DNA of 62,577 nucleotides from Lenisia limosa (Eukaryota > Protista > Breviatea). Positions within the stretch are counted from its first letter, which is position 1; each line of letters starts with the position of its first letter. The stretch is taken from positions 1 through 62,577 of the forward strand of contig LPNZ01006074.1 of NCBI GenBank assembly GCA_001655205.1, in the 5' to 3' direction. The notes below the pieces were generated by a model. The model did not search any database and was not told where the DNA came from. It saw only the letters and a program-made list of their open reading frames with translations. Below are positions 25,301 through 39,200 of this stretch, piece by piece. Made by a program: the position numbers and the translations under genes.

Positions 25301-27192
25301 CTGTTCATGTGGGTGTCCTCAGGTGAGCCACCAATTGCCTTGACTCGAGGATTCAGTGTTGATGCTTCGGATGGATAGCTCCTTTCTCGTTTCCTCAGAC
25401 ATTGACTACTTTAACCTCCGACACAGGGCTACATCTTCCTTCTCTTCCACCCACCAACATGCCACCACTCAGCCTCCTGTGGAACAGTCTGTCAGTCCCT
25501 TGCTAATTCACAGGCGGGATCCGCATGTAGGTCCATTCAAACTCAGTGAGAGAAATACCTCTCATTCTATGGAACCTCGGTTAATGCACAATTATCCATG
25601 GAGTTACACATGACCTCACCTCGTAGACCATGAACAGCTTGTGTCCGAGCAAGTCGATTTTATCATGCACCACTCCGATAACCCAGGCACTCGGCTGTCC
25701 CCGCGATCGTCTCCACGGTCTGGAGGAATGATATTGTTGAGCCATGGAGTAACATTCTTATTATCTTTTGTTTTTTTAATATCTCATAAATGTGAGGGGT
25801 GGATGGCCTCGGTCTGACACTCCCTTTATTACGTCTTGTTTCAACATCATATCGATATCTATATTCATATAGCTATGTACTATCTGATCATATAATATAT
25901 AATATTGTCATTATTCAACTCCAAACGTAATAGGCAAGTTCTATTCACGCAGTAGTTCCACAAAATCGTCGAAGCACTCGGGCATCATCATAACGGAGAG
26001 GAAGTCAATGGAGCACCAAAGAAAAATGCCCGAGTACGCTGAATGGAAGCTCCGTTCAAATACAGCAGATATCATTCAGATGATTGATTAACTGTCTTTC
26101 TCCAATGAGTCCAAGTGCCATTTTACCTTCCTCCATGAGTGCCATTTTGGTTCCTGCTACCAATTAGAAATCCTGTGTTTCCGCTTTAGAGTACGATCGA
26201 TTGCTAATCTCTGTAGGAAGCAAATGAGAAGGTCATTGGATTCCGCCCGTCCCGCTCTCCCCGCAAATGGCCAACTTGGTATGCGTCCACGTTTATGAAG
26301 ATTATTCGAGACATTCAGTCTTTTTTTGGACCGGGTGAGAAACCTAGTACTAATGCTAAAGGTACCCTGGTTCCCAAGACGCCGTTTTCACAAAATAATG
26401 ATCCAAGCGATCTCGATGTTGATGACCTCATTCTGACACCACCCCTTACGCCAACCTCCGAAATAATCAGTGGGGGTTGCGAAATTCAGTACATCTGCGG
26501 CTGTGTTAGTTGTGACAACGGATTGTGTTAGTTTTTATTTTGGAGTCTTGTAATCTAAAACAACTGTAGTTCCTGACGCTGCTCCTCGCTCGTCTCTGGA
26601 CCCTCTGAACCCTCATGTTCTTCTGGCAAACGGACTGTCAACACCTGCCGTGTCCCAGTCTTGCATCTCAACTCCTCGTGAGGATGGGGGAAATACCGTG
26701 ATATCAGTTTGTGTGTGAATGCGAACCATTATATATATTATAGCAATGAGATATAAAATGAACAGGACGGAAATTATATCTCAAAGCAACTTGGACTTTG
26801 GCAGTCCACTGACGGTTTAGGAGTGTTCCCGTCTTCTGCATCTGATGGGCTGCATCTACTACGCCAACGCTACTACTCGACCTCAATGATTGAACTCAAA
26901 GACATCGAAAGGAGGGAGCGGGATAATGAGGTCAGTTTTATTCCATCCCACGTCCAATTGTTAATTCTTGTTACCCATCCACCCTATCCTGAGGGAGGTT
27001 TTTGTTGTTGCAATTTCTCGTCGACGTTTCCTGCGTTACAGCCCGCAGCGCCAAAAGTCTGCGCGACAATCTTTGGAGGCGCTTCGGTCAGAATGGCGAA
27101 CGTTGGAACGAGTGCACATGAAGGAACGGAGGAGTATGGAGAAGAAAAAGAGCATGGAACTGGAGAGGTTGGCCTATTCAATAACATTATGA
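19399..27192 (+). CDS. Multi-pass membrane protein locus (Tweety/prominin-like N-terminal part, C2H2 finger, further hydrophobic segments, long Ser/Pro-rich tail); one or two genes
   Basis: Hydrophobic segments IVYPALLFLVASILFSIMFWMIRCCCNGCGG, RVLIILLILPIIFAFGL, AIVVVAMAGAGVFF, AGFCGFVVAPLIILVFTLHLTAATITDDFC and IAGSMLVLLTAICVIGY. PFECHKCKRFFRFPGAYGIHLKLH at about 22334-22405. Later exons WTSDLVIGVLFLILG and MDEVDSQISLSPSLSPKLPRSP. Last exon ...EALRSEWRTLERVHMKERRSMEKKKSMELERLAYSITL* ends at 27192. The family label is a pattern-based inference. Confidence 0.45.
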
Positions 27193-27651
27193 TGCGTATA
27201 GGATGCTTAAACTCAGGCATTGTAACTAGTGCTCCGTGCAATTAATTATTTGAGGATATTAATTGACAATATTAGAAATTAAAGTATCTGGAATAGGGTT
27301 CCCGTTACACTATGTCCCACGTCAAATTTTGAAAATAATTCTTAATTGCCCATTGTATCGACTAACAACTTTAGAAGTAGAAGGGCAGCAGTAAAGCCTC
27401 CCCCTACCCCAAAAAAACCCAAAAAGTATGTCCATAATCCAGAATCGATATTATGAGATAATCAAGATCCCCATTTTTTACAAACCAGGAAAAAGCCCTA
27501 CAAGAAGCAAACGACCGTGGAGTGGCCCGCACCGTCTTAGTTTTCGAAGTATATTTTGTATATTAGCATGGATTGGAAATTCAGATTCACTGAAAGAAGT
27601 GAAGCCCTAATTCCATTCCTCAGGTGTAGTTTCATATCTGCATTAGACTGT

Positions 27652-29665
27652 TTAGGGTCTGACGAGACGAATGGGGAAGTTTTCAGTGATGATGTGGTTG
27701 TCGGAGAAGAGGATGATGAGATTGACTTCGAACTCAAGCTTGAAAGCTCGTGTGCCGATTGTGGGGCATGTGAAGAGGCGGGGGAAAACCTGGGGGTCAG
27801 GACCGAAGCAGCAATCAGCGTCACACATCGCATAAATCAAAACTCCAAAAAACACACACACAACGAGTGGATAGAAGAATGTTTCAAATAGTTGAGCAAT
27901 CGTGTCTCACCATGAAAATTGGGATGACAAGCTTTCGGCAAACATCGCCCTCCGCTATCTGTACGTTTTGGATTTCCGTTGCTGGGGAGTAAAATAGGAA
28001 CATTTATGAAACAAAAAAAGCCCAAATCAACTCTGTTGAACAACACGCGAAGGTTGATAACAACANNNNNNNNNNNNNNNNNNNNNNNNNNNNNNNNNNN
28101 NNNNNNNNNNNNNNNNNNNNNNNNNNNNNNNNNNNNNNATTAAAATGATAGATGAACTGACGCAGAAATAATCAACAGATGGTTAAAAAAGCACTTGCCT
28201 TTGTTAAGCACAATGCCAAGCTCACCATCTCGAACTTCGTTTTCTCCTAAACACACTGTTTCAACTCGCACAAGCTGAAGCTCTAAATTGTCAATGGTTT
28301 ATATGACGCAGTCGACAAAATACTGTTTCTTCGCCATCCCTAGCAAACCTATTTTTTTAATCTCAGCGTCACACGACTGTACCACCAACTCCCCAGTTAG
28401 GGGTTTGTTGATTGCACACACTGCTGAAGCTAACTTGCCAAATATCTCGAAATCCGGGATGTTTGAGAGCGAGTTCTGTTGCAGTAAGAAGCCACTACTG
28501 ATAATTGTCGGGGACTGGAAAATAGGTGTTTTCTGATATTCCCATCTCATAAAATTTGAGCATGGCAATTTGATCCGGTTTAATATGAAATTTCTCAATC
28601 TAAACGTTTCCCACATCCGCAGCAAGTTCCTCAAAATATCACCAACCTTCTTGACATTCTCCAGGGATGCGGGTTTGATGCTGAAGTTCACCGGCTTGGC
28701 CTTGACAACTCTCCGTTGATCCTGCATTTCGGTAAACTGCCATCGTCGTTCGCACAAACTAACCAATCTCATGCCCCCCCCCCCACCTCATTTTCTACCA
28801 CGAATTCTATATCCTTTTCCAGGGTTTTTGATAGACCACTCCGTCTCAGGGCAGCCTTGAGGCGATACTCAATATTCACAAAGACCTGAGCTGTGAAAAT
28901 GGACATATCACTGGAGGGGACGGGGTTCAGGAATGTGTATTGATATTATATGAGGGCAATGGAAAAATGATAGCCAGTTTTGTGAGGTTGCCATTCGTTC
29001 ATTAACTTATATTTATTGTTTGTTGAAATTTTTTTGTTTATTTTTAATCATCACCTGTTAACAACAAAAGAAAGTATATTAGCCCATCTGAAGAGCAATT
29101 CCCCTCCCTCCCATACCCCATGATATGTCTCATGGATGACTTGACTGTCCAGAGCCTTGAGCGGGATCTCGAAAGGTACCTCCGTCACTCCCTCGGGGAA
29201 CTTGCCGGCCTTCACCACCTCAACCTGCGGTGTCATGGAACAAACCATATTGGGGGAAAAACTATCCTAGAAGAGTATACTTGATCCATAAAAGCGATAT
29301 TGTAGATAGACATATAAGTTGAGTATCCCCAGTCATTTAAAACTTGTCAGAGGCCCACCTGATACTGCACGAGAGGAGTTGGTTTAAGATTATTGTAGAA
29401 TGCATCAAGGAGCCCGATATTATTGGGGGAAACTTGGAGGGAGAGAGTACCTTCCTTAGAGGATAAGTAGGTTTGGACATGAAGACTGTAGCAAACCAAA
29501 AGAAGTGTTAGCCCTTGATGTGATAAGTTGCTGTTAGCCGAAACAACAATTGTTCCAGTAACAGAAGTCTGGGGGAGGGTCAGCAAAGCCTATATACCTT
29601 GGAAAACAAACATTGGGGTGATAAACTTTATCAGCGTTCTTTAATCTGATATTGATAGATGACAT
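27652..29665 (-). CDS. VPS26C: Vacuolar protein sorting 26C / DSCR3 (Retriever complex subunit)
   Basis: MSSINIRLKNADKVYHPN, GTIVVSANSNLSHQGLTL, NNIGLLDAFYNNLKP, GKFPEGVTEVPFEIPL..IHETYHGVFVNIEY, LELQLVRVET, DATEIQNVQIADGDVC and FPRLFTCPTIGTRAFKLEFEVNLIILFSDNHIITENFPIRLVRP*. Confidence 0.92.
27982..28065 (-). repeat. Intronic repeat family 1, copy A (ends at the acceptor AG of a VPS26C intron)
   Basis: + strand ctggggagtaaaataggaacatttatgaaacaaaaaaagcccaaatcaactctgttga; near-identical to 31854 and 30313. Confidence 0.8.
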
Positions 29666-30237
29666 TGTCGTCAATTAGCCAGGAGAAGGCAGCTATTCCG
29701 CCATACACTAAGCGCGGATAATATATGCCTTTTTTCTGCTGCCTTTTGTTATATATGTAGTGTAATTAAATAGTAAACAACATGTAGTTGTTTTCTTCTT
29801 TTTTTCTTTTCTTGCTCAATTTTCTGCTCTCACATTTCCCGATCCGCCGCCGGGTCCTCTCTGGTTACCGCCGGAGAACAAGGAAACTCACATTTGCATA
29901 TATTTTTCGATAAGTGGGGTAACGCACAGGGCGGTAGTTCGCCATCTTGATTGTTGCCAAAAATACCAGCATGCCAGAAATAACTTTTCCATGTGTTTGG
30001 GTGTTTGGGTGTTTGTTTCCAAAACCTGAAAGAAACAGATCGACCATCAAATAAACCAAGCAAACAAAAAGAAAAAGAAACAACTACGGCCATTGGCGTG
30101 CACACTCAGCCACCAACTGGCTGAAGCGTAAGTCAAACAAAAAAGTGGACCTGTCATTAGGTTGGTAGCAACAATAAAACCATCCAACGTGGGTCTCTCA
30201 GAAGGAGGGCAATCCAGCTACATACCTTGGGACCTTT

Positions 30238-33200
30238 TTACTTTTTAGTCATAAGTTCGTCAATCTGCTTACGAAGCCTCGCAATTTCACGGGTCTCAAT
30301 GTTCTTCGACGCCTGGGGGGAGTAAAATTGGAAATAAAACAAAAAGCCCAAATCAACTCTGTTGACAAGAGTTGAGAACAACAAAACAAACAAAGTCCAG
30401 GCCACTCGCTTCTACAGCACCGCATCCCATCTTTTCAGCGTATGGAGGGGGGGGGGGNNNNNNNNNNNNNNNNNNNNNNNNNNNNNNNNNNNNNNNNNNN
30501 NNNNNNNNNNNNNNNNNNNNNNNNNNNNNNNNNNNNNNNNNNNNNNNNNNNNNNNNNNNNNNNNNNNNNNNNNNNNNNNNNNNNACAGAACATGAGAGTC
30601 TTCGCGTTACCACTAAATCGGTTATCTTCTGCCTGAATGTAAATAGAAACACATCAGATATTAGGAGGTCAGAACTACTAATACCCAATCCATAGATACC
30701 AAAAAAAAACCAGTTATAAAGGATAGTAAGCCATAAAACCACACATATAGTACCAAACACACCCAATGGAGTCCTGCATGAGACGGGTGAGGAGGGAGTT
30801 GCGGTATGGCACATGCTTGTTGTTGTCGGAGCAGGCCACAATGACGTCGTTGAGGGCGGAGAGGGACTGAAATGTCAGAGGAATTCAGCGTGAACGATCA
30901 CACTATCCACATATAAGTCATACCTTGTTGATTGCAGTTGCTTCCTTCAACTGGTCGCCAGTAGCCCCCGACTTCTGAACACGCTCACTTCCGGCCAAAT
31001 CAATGAACGACAGTTTGCCGTGCGACACGACGCCTACACATCCTCAATATACAGTCCATTTAGCTCATCCTCAATACAAAAATGGGGTAACATAAGTTTC
31101 TTGAGACTCTGGAGTTATTCACTAGTTAATAGAATCTGGGAGAATGCAAGTTTAGGTGACACAAAGACAGTTCATGCATACCGGTACTCTTGTCCTTGCC
31201 CTTGATGATGACTGAGAAGATCTGATGTGACCGTGAGGATTGTTCGTTCATCAGGGTCGAGGAGACCTGGTTGTGAGAAATGTGAATACAAGCTCCCGGC
31301 AATTAACAAATGGTCAACTCCATCATATCCCAGTACGTTACGCCCACCTTTCTTCTTGAGATTCCCTCATTGAACACTGCATCAAGTTCGGTGTAGGAGG
31401 AAACTGGCTTTTCGATAATGTTTGAAACGTAAACCTGGGGGGGGGGGTTAATGGGCTGTTATGAAAGTGGGAGACCAGTATTGCAACCGATATACACAAG
31501 AGTTTCACAAAAGTCCAATATTTTGTCTCAACAATGGAATGGCCCGTTGTGCACCTGGTTGGTGTTTTTGTCCAGCTTGACGTCCAGCTTAGGAGGGTTG
31601 GCTGACTCTTCTCTTAAGAGATCCTTGAGATGATCCTGGTAGATTTCAACCTAGCCAGTTAGAGGGGCAAACAGGGTGTAGATTGAGGAACCACTTCAAC
31701 CATCTTATTCCTAAGCATGAAACTAGAACCAACCATGTAGCAGGAGATCTTGAACGTGGACCGTTTTGACTCGTCTTTCAGGGTGGAGAAGAGAGTCTTG
31801 AGGGCACGGGGAGTGATACCGTCATGGCCAGGCTCTCCAGTCATGGTGAAGGTCTGGGGAGTAAAATTGGAAAATTTATGAAACAAAAAAGCCCAAAGTT
31901 GCATGTTTCATAATATAACGAGGTCATTCCGGATGCCAGAGTCTCCCCCAAACCTTTCCGGAGCCGGTTTGGCCGAAGGCAAAGACAGTGACATTGTAGC
32001 CGTCAACAGCGGATTGCATGAGGTAACTGGGGGTGAAAAGGGAGATTCATTATAATAAAACAATCTGAGAATGAACTCTGCTCAAGATTTCCAAACACAC
32101 ACACACGAGAGTCAAACAACGGCTTCAACAACAAGATGAATAACATCTCAAAATATATACTATGATAAATATAATATAATATAATATATCGGTATCATTT
32201 GTATAAAACAAATTGCAGCATACCTGGTGTCCTCGAAGATGTCGTCCTGGGTGCTGTTGAACTCAAAGGTGTGGTCAAACTCAAACTGCTTCGCGGCCTT
32301 GCTACCCTTTCCTTCCTAATATGGTAAGAATCGAAATCCTTTCCCTCCTAAAAAGGTATTGAAAACACTTTCTCACAACGGAAAGAGGGTGTATTTCTTT
32401 TCCAAAACGGCAAGCACTTCCCCCACCTCATCAGCAGCAAGAACCTTGCAAGAATACTCGTCAGGGAATGTGAGCACCTAACTCAGTGAAAAAAAAGCTC
32501 TTTGAACAGCAATACTGATCCAAAACCCGACCTATTATGGTATTACATCTAATATTTCAGCTGTGTAAAAAAAATCCGAATGATTAATACCAGCAGTATT
32601 GTTCCCATAATACATATGATATGTATGATATTGTAATATATGGCATGTAAATCCGGTCCAAACCTGGCTGCACTCACGCGCCTTCTCAGATTTGGACATT
32701 GGGCGGCAACGGGTGTAGACACGGATCTGGGAAGTACGTGAAATCCATGAAGGGTATGATACCCAAAAAGGCCGAATCACATCGAACATAGACCGTCTAT
32801 GAGAAACAAAGTACATGATTTGTATTTAGTTTGACTGATCATTATAACTTAACAATGCATGTAAGATGCTTACAGAANNNNNNNNNNNNNNNNNNNNNNN
32901 NNNNNNNNNNNNNNNNNNNNNNNNNNNNNNNNNNNNNNNNNNNNNNNNNNNNNNNNNNNNNNNNNNNNNNNNNNNNNNNNNNNNTGGCCAACACACAAGG
33001 GTTAATACCAAAAAAAAAACAAACAAAGCCCAGGAGAGTCGCTTCTGAAGCACCGCATCCCATCACTCCAGCACACCGCCCTTCATGTCTTCCAACACAC
33101 ACCTTGCCCTTCATGTCTTCCAATTGGTTATAGTACTTCTTTCGCAGGCGGCATTCGTCCTTGTACTGCGTCGTCGCCTCTAAGGGGGTGAAAAAAAGAC

Positions 33201-36200
33201 CCTGGGGTAGCAGCCATGAAGGGTGAATGGTTATTTTCAATTCTTGATAATAGAATGCCCCCCCCCCCNNNNNNNNNNNNNNNNNNNNNNNNNNNNNNNN
33301 NNNNNNNNNNNNNNNNNNNNNNNNNNNNNNNNNNNNNNNNNNNNNNNNNNNNNNNNNNNNNNNNNNNNNNNNNNNNNNNNNNNNNNNNNNNNNNNNNNNN
33401 NNNNNNNNNNNNNNNNNNNNNNNNNNNNNNNNNNNNNNNNNNNNNNNNNNNNNNNNNNNNNNNNNNNNNNNNNNNNNNNNNNNNNNNNNNNNNNNNNNNN
33501 NNNNNNNNNNNNNNNNNNNNNNNNNNNNNNNNNNNNNNNNNNNNNNNNNNNNNNNNNNNNNNNNNNNNNNNNNNNNNNNNNNNNNNNNNNNNNNNNAACA
33601 GGGGAGGGGGGGCAACTCCATATCAACCAACAAAGTCTTGATGTAAAGAAGAAAGCCCACCTTCAAGTCAGACTTTGCGCTGAGAATCTCAGCACGAGCC
33701 TTGTCCCTTTCTTGCTTGGTGGTGGCCAATTGCTCCTGAAGATGGCCCACTTCCTCTGAAAAGAATTAACAATCGAAAAAGCAAAAAAACAAAAGCAGTT
33801 GCTACTGAATCAATTTAAAATAACAAGAAGATTGGAAATGATTGATAATTATCAAGATTTTGCGAGAAATTTAGTGAAATTTCCTCATACTGTTGAGACT
33901 TTCGACCTTATCTCCAAGGTCCTTGATCTCTTTGTTAGACTTGGTCCGGTCGGCCTTCTCCTTGTCCTGCTGCTCCTTTGAGGCGAGTTTCATACTCTGC
34001 ATTTCCTTCTCCATCTCGTCTAGCTGCGACTTGAGCTTGTCAACCTAGAGTGTCAGTTATGGCTCACAGCACTGATGAGTGTAATGAAAGCCGCAAAGCT
34101 CGATATAAGTAGATAATACTGAAAAAATGCTCATCACCTCCATCAAAACAAACTTGCCAAATCCACTATCACCCTAACCTTCTTATCTTGGTTTTGCTTA
34201 ACCAGCTTATCGGCGTTATCTGCCTTGAGCTTGGCAATCTGCTCGTCTGACTTGGCAATGGTCTTCTGCAGCTCAGTTCGCAGAGTCTCAACCTGGGTGG
34301 TGAAAGGACGCATGTTACACAGATAAAACAAAACTATCCACAGGTGGCTGCTTATGATATGTATGCTTACCTCCTTGTTGTGGTTGTCCTTCAAGGTCTT
34401 GAGACGACTCTCAGCTTGTTCTGCGGGTCAATAAGCACAGAGTCTTTTTTTTTTTGGGTGACAGGAAAGGGGCAACACATATCATCTTCAATACAATAAC
34501 CAATTTGGTTCCAAGCAGTTGCCTACCAAGTCCCTTTCCATCCTTAGAGGCTGCGCTTGTGAGCTCGTTTACCTGGTGGTTTAGAATGAAAGACCATAAC
34601 GACCCCGATCAAAGAGGTCGAAAGCACCATTCACATACCTTCTTGTCAAGTACACGGTTCTTCTCCTTGAACTCCTTGATTTCCTCCTTCGACTCCTTGA
34701 CCTTCTCTTCAAGTGTCGTGTTTTTCGCCTCAAGGCGTTCGACTCTGTCTGGTCAGCTTCCATTCGGACCTTCACTCGGTGTTGCCCCATCAACCCTAGT
34801 TTTTACCGGACCAATATGAGACTTCCGCCGCTCACTTTGTCTCCAATTGGGCCTTGGCCTTGGCGTCCTTAGCCAGTTCGGCTGCAGACTTGCCTCCGGA
34901 TGAGCTGGCTTGGGCTGCAGCAAGCCTGAAGTATTATATGGGGGAAACAAAACTCCCAACAAGTAAAATTTCCTAAAAAAAAAACTCGTAACATTGATAG
35001 TTTAGCAAATGAAACAAATCAAAACCCTCACAGGATGAACAGCTTACTTTTCCTTCAGTTTCTCGACCTCCTTCTCAAGCTTGGCGTTCTGCTTCTTCAG
35101 GGCTGCCAATTCACTGAAGGTATGAGATCCATTTACCGAGGAACTAAAATCGACCTAATCGACCTCTTGATAGCCAGTTGGATGTAATCTTTGTATCATC
35201 ATATGATATTTGCATAGGATGATAACTGCCGCACTCGATTCTATCCTAACTGATCTAAAGCCCACACTGGGTCGGCTCCACCGCTGGCTGGCGTAGCTGG
35301 AGTAGCTGGTGTAGCTGGGGTGACTGGGGTCGATGGAGTAGCTGTAGCAGGACCTACTGGAGTTACTGAAAAGGCGGTCTGGTAGTTCGCATAGGTAGCC
35401 CATACACAAACAAGTACACGGGGGCACATTGTCATGTGAAAGGAAGTTTGTTGACAAAGAATAACTAGAAATAGATCCTGATCCCACCATTAACAGGGGT
35501 CATTGGGGGGGAGGGGCAAGCTTCAAGAAGAATAATTCTGGAGGAGGTGAGACAGAATATCTAGTTTTACAAACCATAACGAAAAAAAAAATATGATGGA
35601 ACTGTCACCCCAAACGTGCCCACTTTTCCTTAAGCGAATCTAGTTCCGCCTTCAGCCTTGAGTTTTCCTCCAACACCTCAGAGTCTTCACTACACGTATT
35701 ATAAGGAATCAAGTATATTGATGAAAAGATCCGGGGACAATAGAGAACAATATGTATTGAGAGCCAAATAAATAAATACAAAGGGGTCCGCATCACGCCG
35801 CAGACTTTGTGGTCTTCTTCTTCTTCGGCTAAAAAGGTGAGGATACGGTTCAATATTGGGGTTACAGTTCAAAAAAAAGGAAAGTGATTAATGCTTACTT
35901 TGTCATCTGCAAGAGCAACAACTCCGCCGTCTCCGGCAATGTCGATGAACGCCTCGCCTGGAGAAGCCTTCTTCTTCTTTACAACCTTCTTAGATCCCGT
36001 AGCAGCCTGTTCCGTCATGTTGTCGAGAAATATCCGCACAAGAACAAACGAGAATCCAAGACATGAAATGCAGAAGGGTTGCTTGACCAGCCCACCTTGG
36101 TGCCGGTCTTAGCAGTGGGCTTGGCAGTTTTTGTTCCGGCAGCAGCCTTTGCAGCAGGCTTCTTGGCGGGGGCCTTGGCACCGGCGGCGGCGGGCTTCTT

Positions 36201-39200
36201 GGCGGCAGTCGTGGTCTTGGTGGTCTGGTCATGAGATCAGAAGGAATGCAGAAATAAACGTATCAACATTTTGTCACAATTAAAGGGAAGATAACAAAGC
36301 TGGCACGAACCTTAGCAGCAGCGGGTTTGAGGTTGGACTTGGAACCAGTCTTCTCTAGGGTAGCCTGCAATGTGAATAATGGTAGGAAATCGGCTGAGTA
36401 TTTATCATACTAGAATACACCGTGACAGTGGTCAGTCTTAACCGACAGTACCCCCTGCTGCCGACCTTAGAGCTGGACTTCTCAAGCTTGGGCCGGGGAG
36501 ACGCAGGAGACTTGGGCGAGGGCGTTTTGAGTGCGGAGGCGGAGGCAGCTCGTCGAAGGGCTGCAATGTGAGATGCGGCACGGGCTCATAGATGTGACGG
36601 TAATCCTTATTACCAACACCGCATTTGATCCAGCAGACCCCCAAAATACCCCCCAATATCCAAGCATACTCGGGGTGGTGGCGGCACTGGAGGTAGAAGC
36701 AGCAGTTTTCTTCTTCTTCTTCTTAGCCTCGTCCTTCTCCTCTTCCTTGGCCTTGGCTTCTTCGAATTCCTTCAGCCGAAGCTCCATATCAAACATCTGG
36801 ACGATCAACAAACATGCCCATTCCAATCTCAGAACAAGTTGAAGATTGTAAGAGACCGTTAGGCAATTCACTGATACCCACCTTCTCTCGTTCGGACTTC
36901 AATTCGGCCTGTGCCGTCTCCTTCTCCTCCTCAAGCCGGGAGTTGTCCTCCCTGAGGTCTGCCAGCTGCTCTTCAAGGTCGTCTTCACGCTCAGCCTAAC
37001 GCGTCATTTCCGTTCAATTCATTAGAACAACAGCACCTCCCCCTATTGCACGTAGCAAGGACACCCCCCACGGCTCTTCTCAGTTCGTCCTCCTTCTCCT
37101 CGAGTTTGACCTCAAGTTCACCCTTCTCGAGATACAGGTTGTCGACTTCCTTGGTCAGGTCCTCGAGGCGCTGCTCCTTCGATTTCTTCTCCTCCACGTT
37201 CTGACGCCGCCGCACCATGCTGAAGTGTGAGGGGCGGGGTAAGGCTTCTGAGAAACAAATATAGACTTGCTTTTTTAGTACTGTCAAATGTAAGGAATCA
37301 GCATAACAGGGACTTACTTGGCACGAAGTTCGTTGTACTGAGCAATGCAACGCTTCAGGAGGTTTCCTTGTCTGAATTGGTGAGTTAGGAATGTGAAAAC
37401 GAAACAAGAAGCTTTAGCACTCCTCAAGAGCCCAAACAAACCTATCCTTGAAGTTGTACATCCACTCCTCAATGTGAAGTTCCGGGGGGATGGCGAACTT
37501 CTCCTCAATGGCTGCGATCTCCGCATCCTCATCATACTCCTCATCTTCGTCTTCCTCATCTTCATCCTCATCTAAAGAAAGAGTTCATAAAGAAAAAACT
37601 TTCAAATGAAGGAAAAAAAAAGGTATGAAATAATCACTAAAAAACAAAAACAAAAAAAGGGGATCATAATATAAAGTTAACCCAACCTTCAGCGTCTTCT
37701 TCCGCATCACCTTCCTCCTGCTCTCCTTCCTCTTGTTCTCCCTCCTCAGCCTCAGCCTCATCCTCCGACTTGGCATCGGCATCATTCTCCTCCTCCTCCT
37801 TGGTCTCCTCCTCTGCTGCTTCTTCAGCCTCCTCAACGTTCTGCTCCTCCTCAGCCTCCTCTTGAGCCTCCTCGTCTTCCGCCTCATTCTCGTTCTCTTC
37901 TTTCTCATCCTCCGTCTCGGGCGCGTCGTCAGCCTCGGCCCCCTCATCAACCTGCACGTCGTCTTCCTCAACAGCCTCCTCTTCTGCCTCCTGTGCATCT
38001 TTACGCGACTTCTTCAGGGCCTTCAGAGCCTCCTTGCGGCCTTTCTTGAGCTCGGCAATCTTCTCCTCTTCAAAGATGAGACAATAAACATAGAACAAGG
38101 AAATGGTTCAGCATACCCTTGGTCTTCAGCTCTTCAATTGAGCCGGGACGGACTTGCAGAATGAAAATCTAAATCATGACGAGCAATCATAGAGGGAGGG
38201 GGGGCTTAGTTGAGACTTCTCTGTTCCTCAGAAAGGGAAAAATAATGGCATTTAAACCAACAAACCTCTCCAGATTTACTCATTCCTTGCTTCTGTACCA
38301 TGCGACCGAATTGATGCACAATCAGGAAGTTCTAAAGAGAATGAAATACCATCGTTCCACTTGGCCGAAAATGAAGGAAAAGCTGTCCCACCTTCTCCTT
38401 CTCCTCTTCTTGGATGTCTTTGGCGTTTTCTGAGCAAACAAAGAGGCCTTGGTGGTTGACGCCCATGTTGATCATTCGGGCTGGACTGTTAGCACCGAAT
38501 GTAGCATCACTGTCAATTTGTACACATATAGCGACCGTGATAAGTCTTGACCGATTTTCTTAATGATTTCCCAATGAAAATCGTCAAGACTTATCCCGGT
38601 CACTGTACATACATGTATCATATCATATGTGCATATGAAGCCGTTCCGAAATATCAAAAGGTATCATCCCGACAGACAAAATGAACCCCCCTCCTTACGG
38701 GTTCCATTGACCTTTGCGAATCCCTTGACCCAAACACTGCCGTAGTTGGGAGCGGTCCTGATCTTGTTGAGGTAGAACTGCACCAAACGGGGTACATCGT
38801 TCTCGTTGAGAGCCTGGGGGGGGGGGTCAGGTGTCACTAGCCTGAGATATTGGTAGCGGAACAATGCGTTATACATCGTCGGCAGAATCCAAGAGAGAGT
38901 CCATTTTGGAGACGGCAAGAAAGACCTCGAGAACCACCAGCAACGCACCTTGAACTGCTCCTTGAGGCGAGTGCTCCACTGTGCAATGGCGGTTTTATCA
39001 GGAATCAGTCGAGCTGGAAGGTACACGTGGATGTTCTTCCTAAATGCATCAGTGTTGCCGTCTCGAACCAAGCAAGATGGCCCGCGGAATTTCGCCAGGT
39101 TAATGCGGCTTATTTCCCATTACCCGGACAGCTACAGCCCCAAAGCATACTTAAGTTCCTTGTCCATATCCTTGTCGGACGGCGAGCCCTTGAGACGAAT

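Noticed and set aside
29860-29945. Short ATG-initiated segment MANYRPVRYPTYRKIYAN followed by gtgagt, upstream of VPS26C
   Set aside because: It cannot be joined in frame to VPS26C, whose own start matches the family N-terminus. It may be a uORF or chance, and there is no supporting evidence.
37733-38164. Long Leu-rich + strand ORF (and similar antisense ORFs at 11649-11972, 27556-27891, 38850-39293, 59041-59583)
   Set aside because: These are antisense shadows of real exons with biased codon use.
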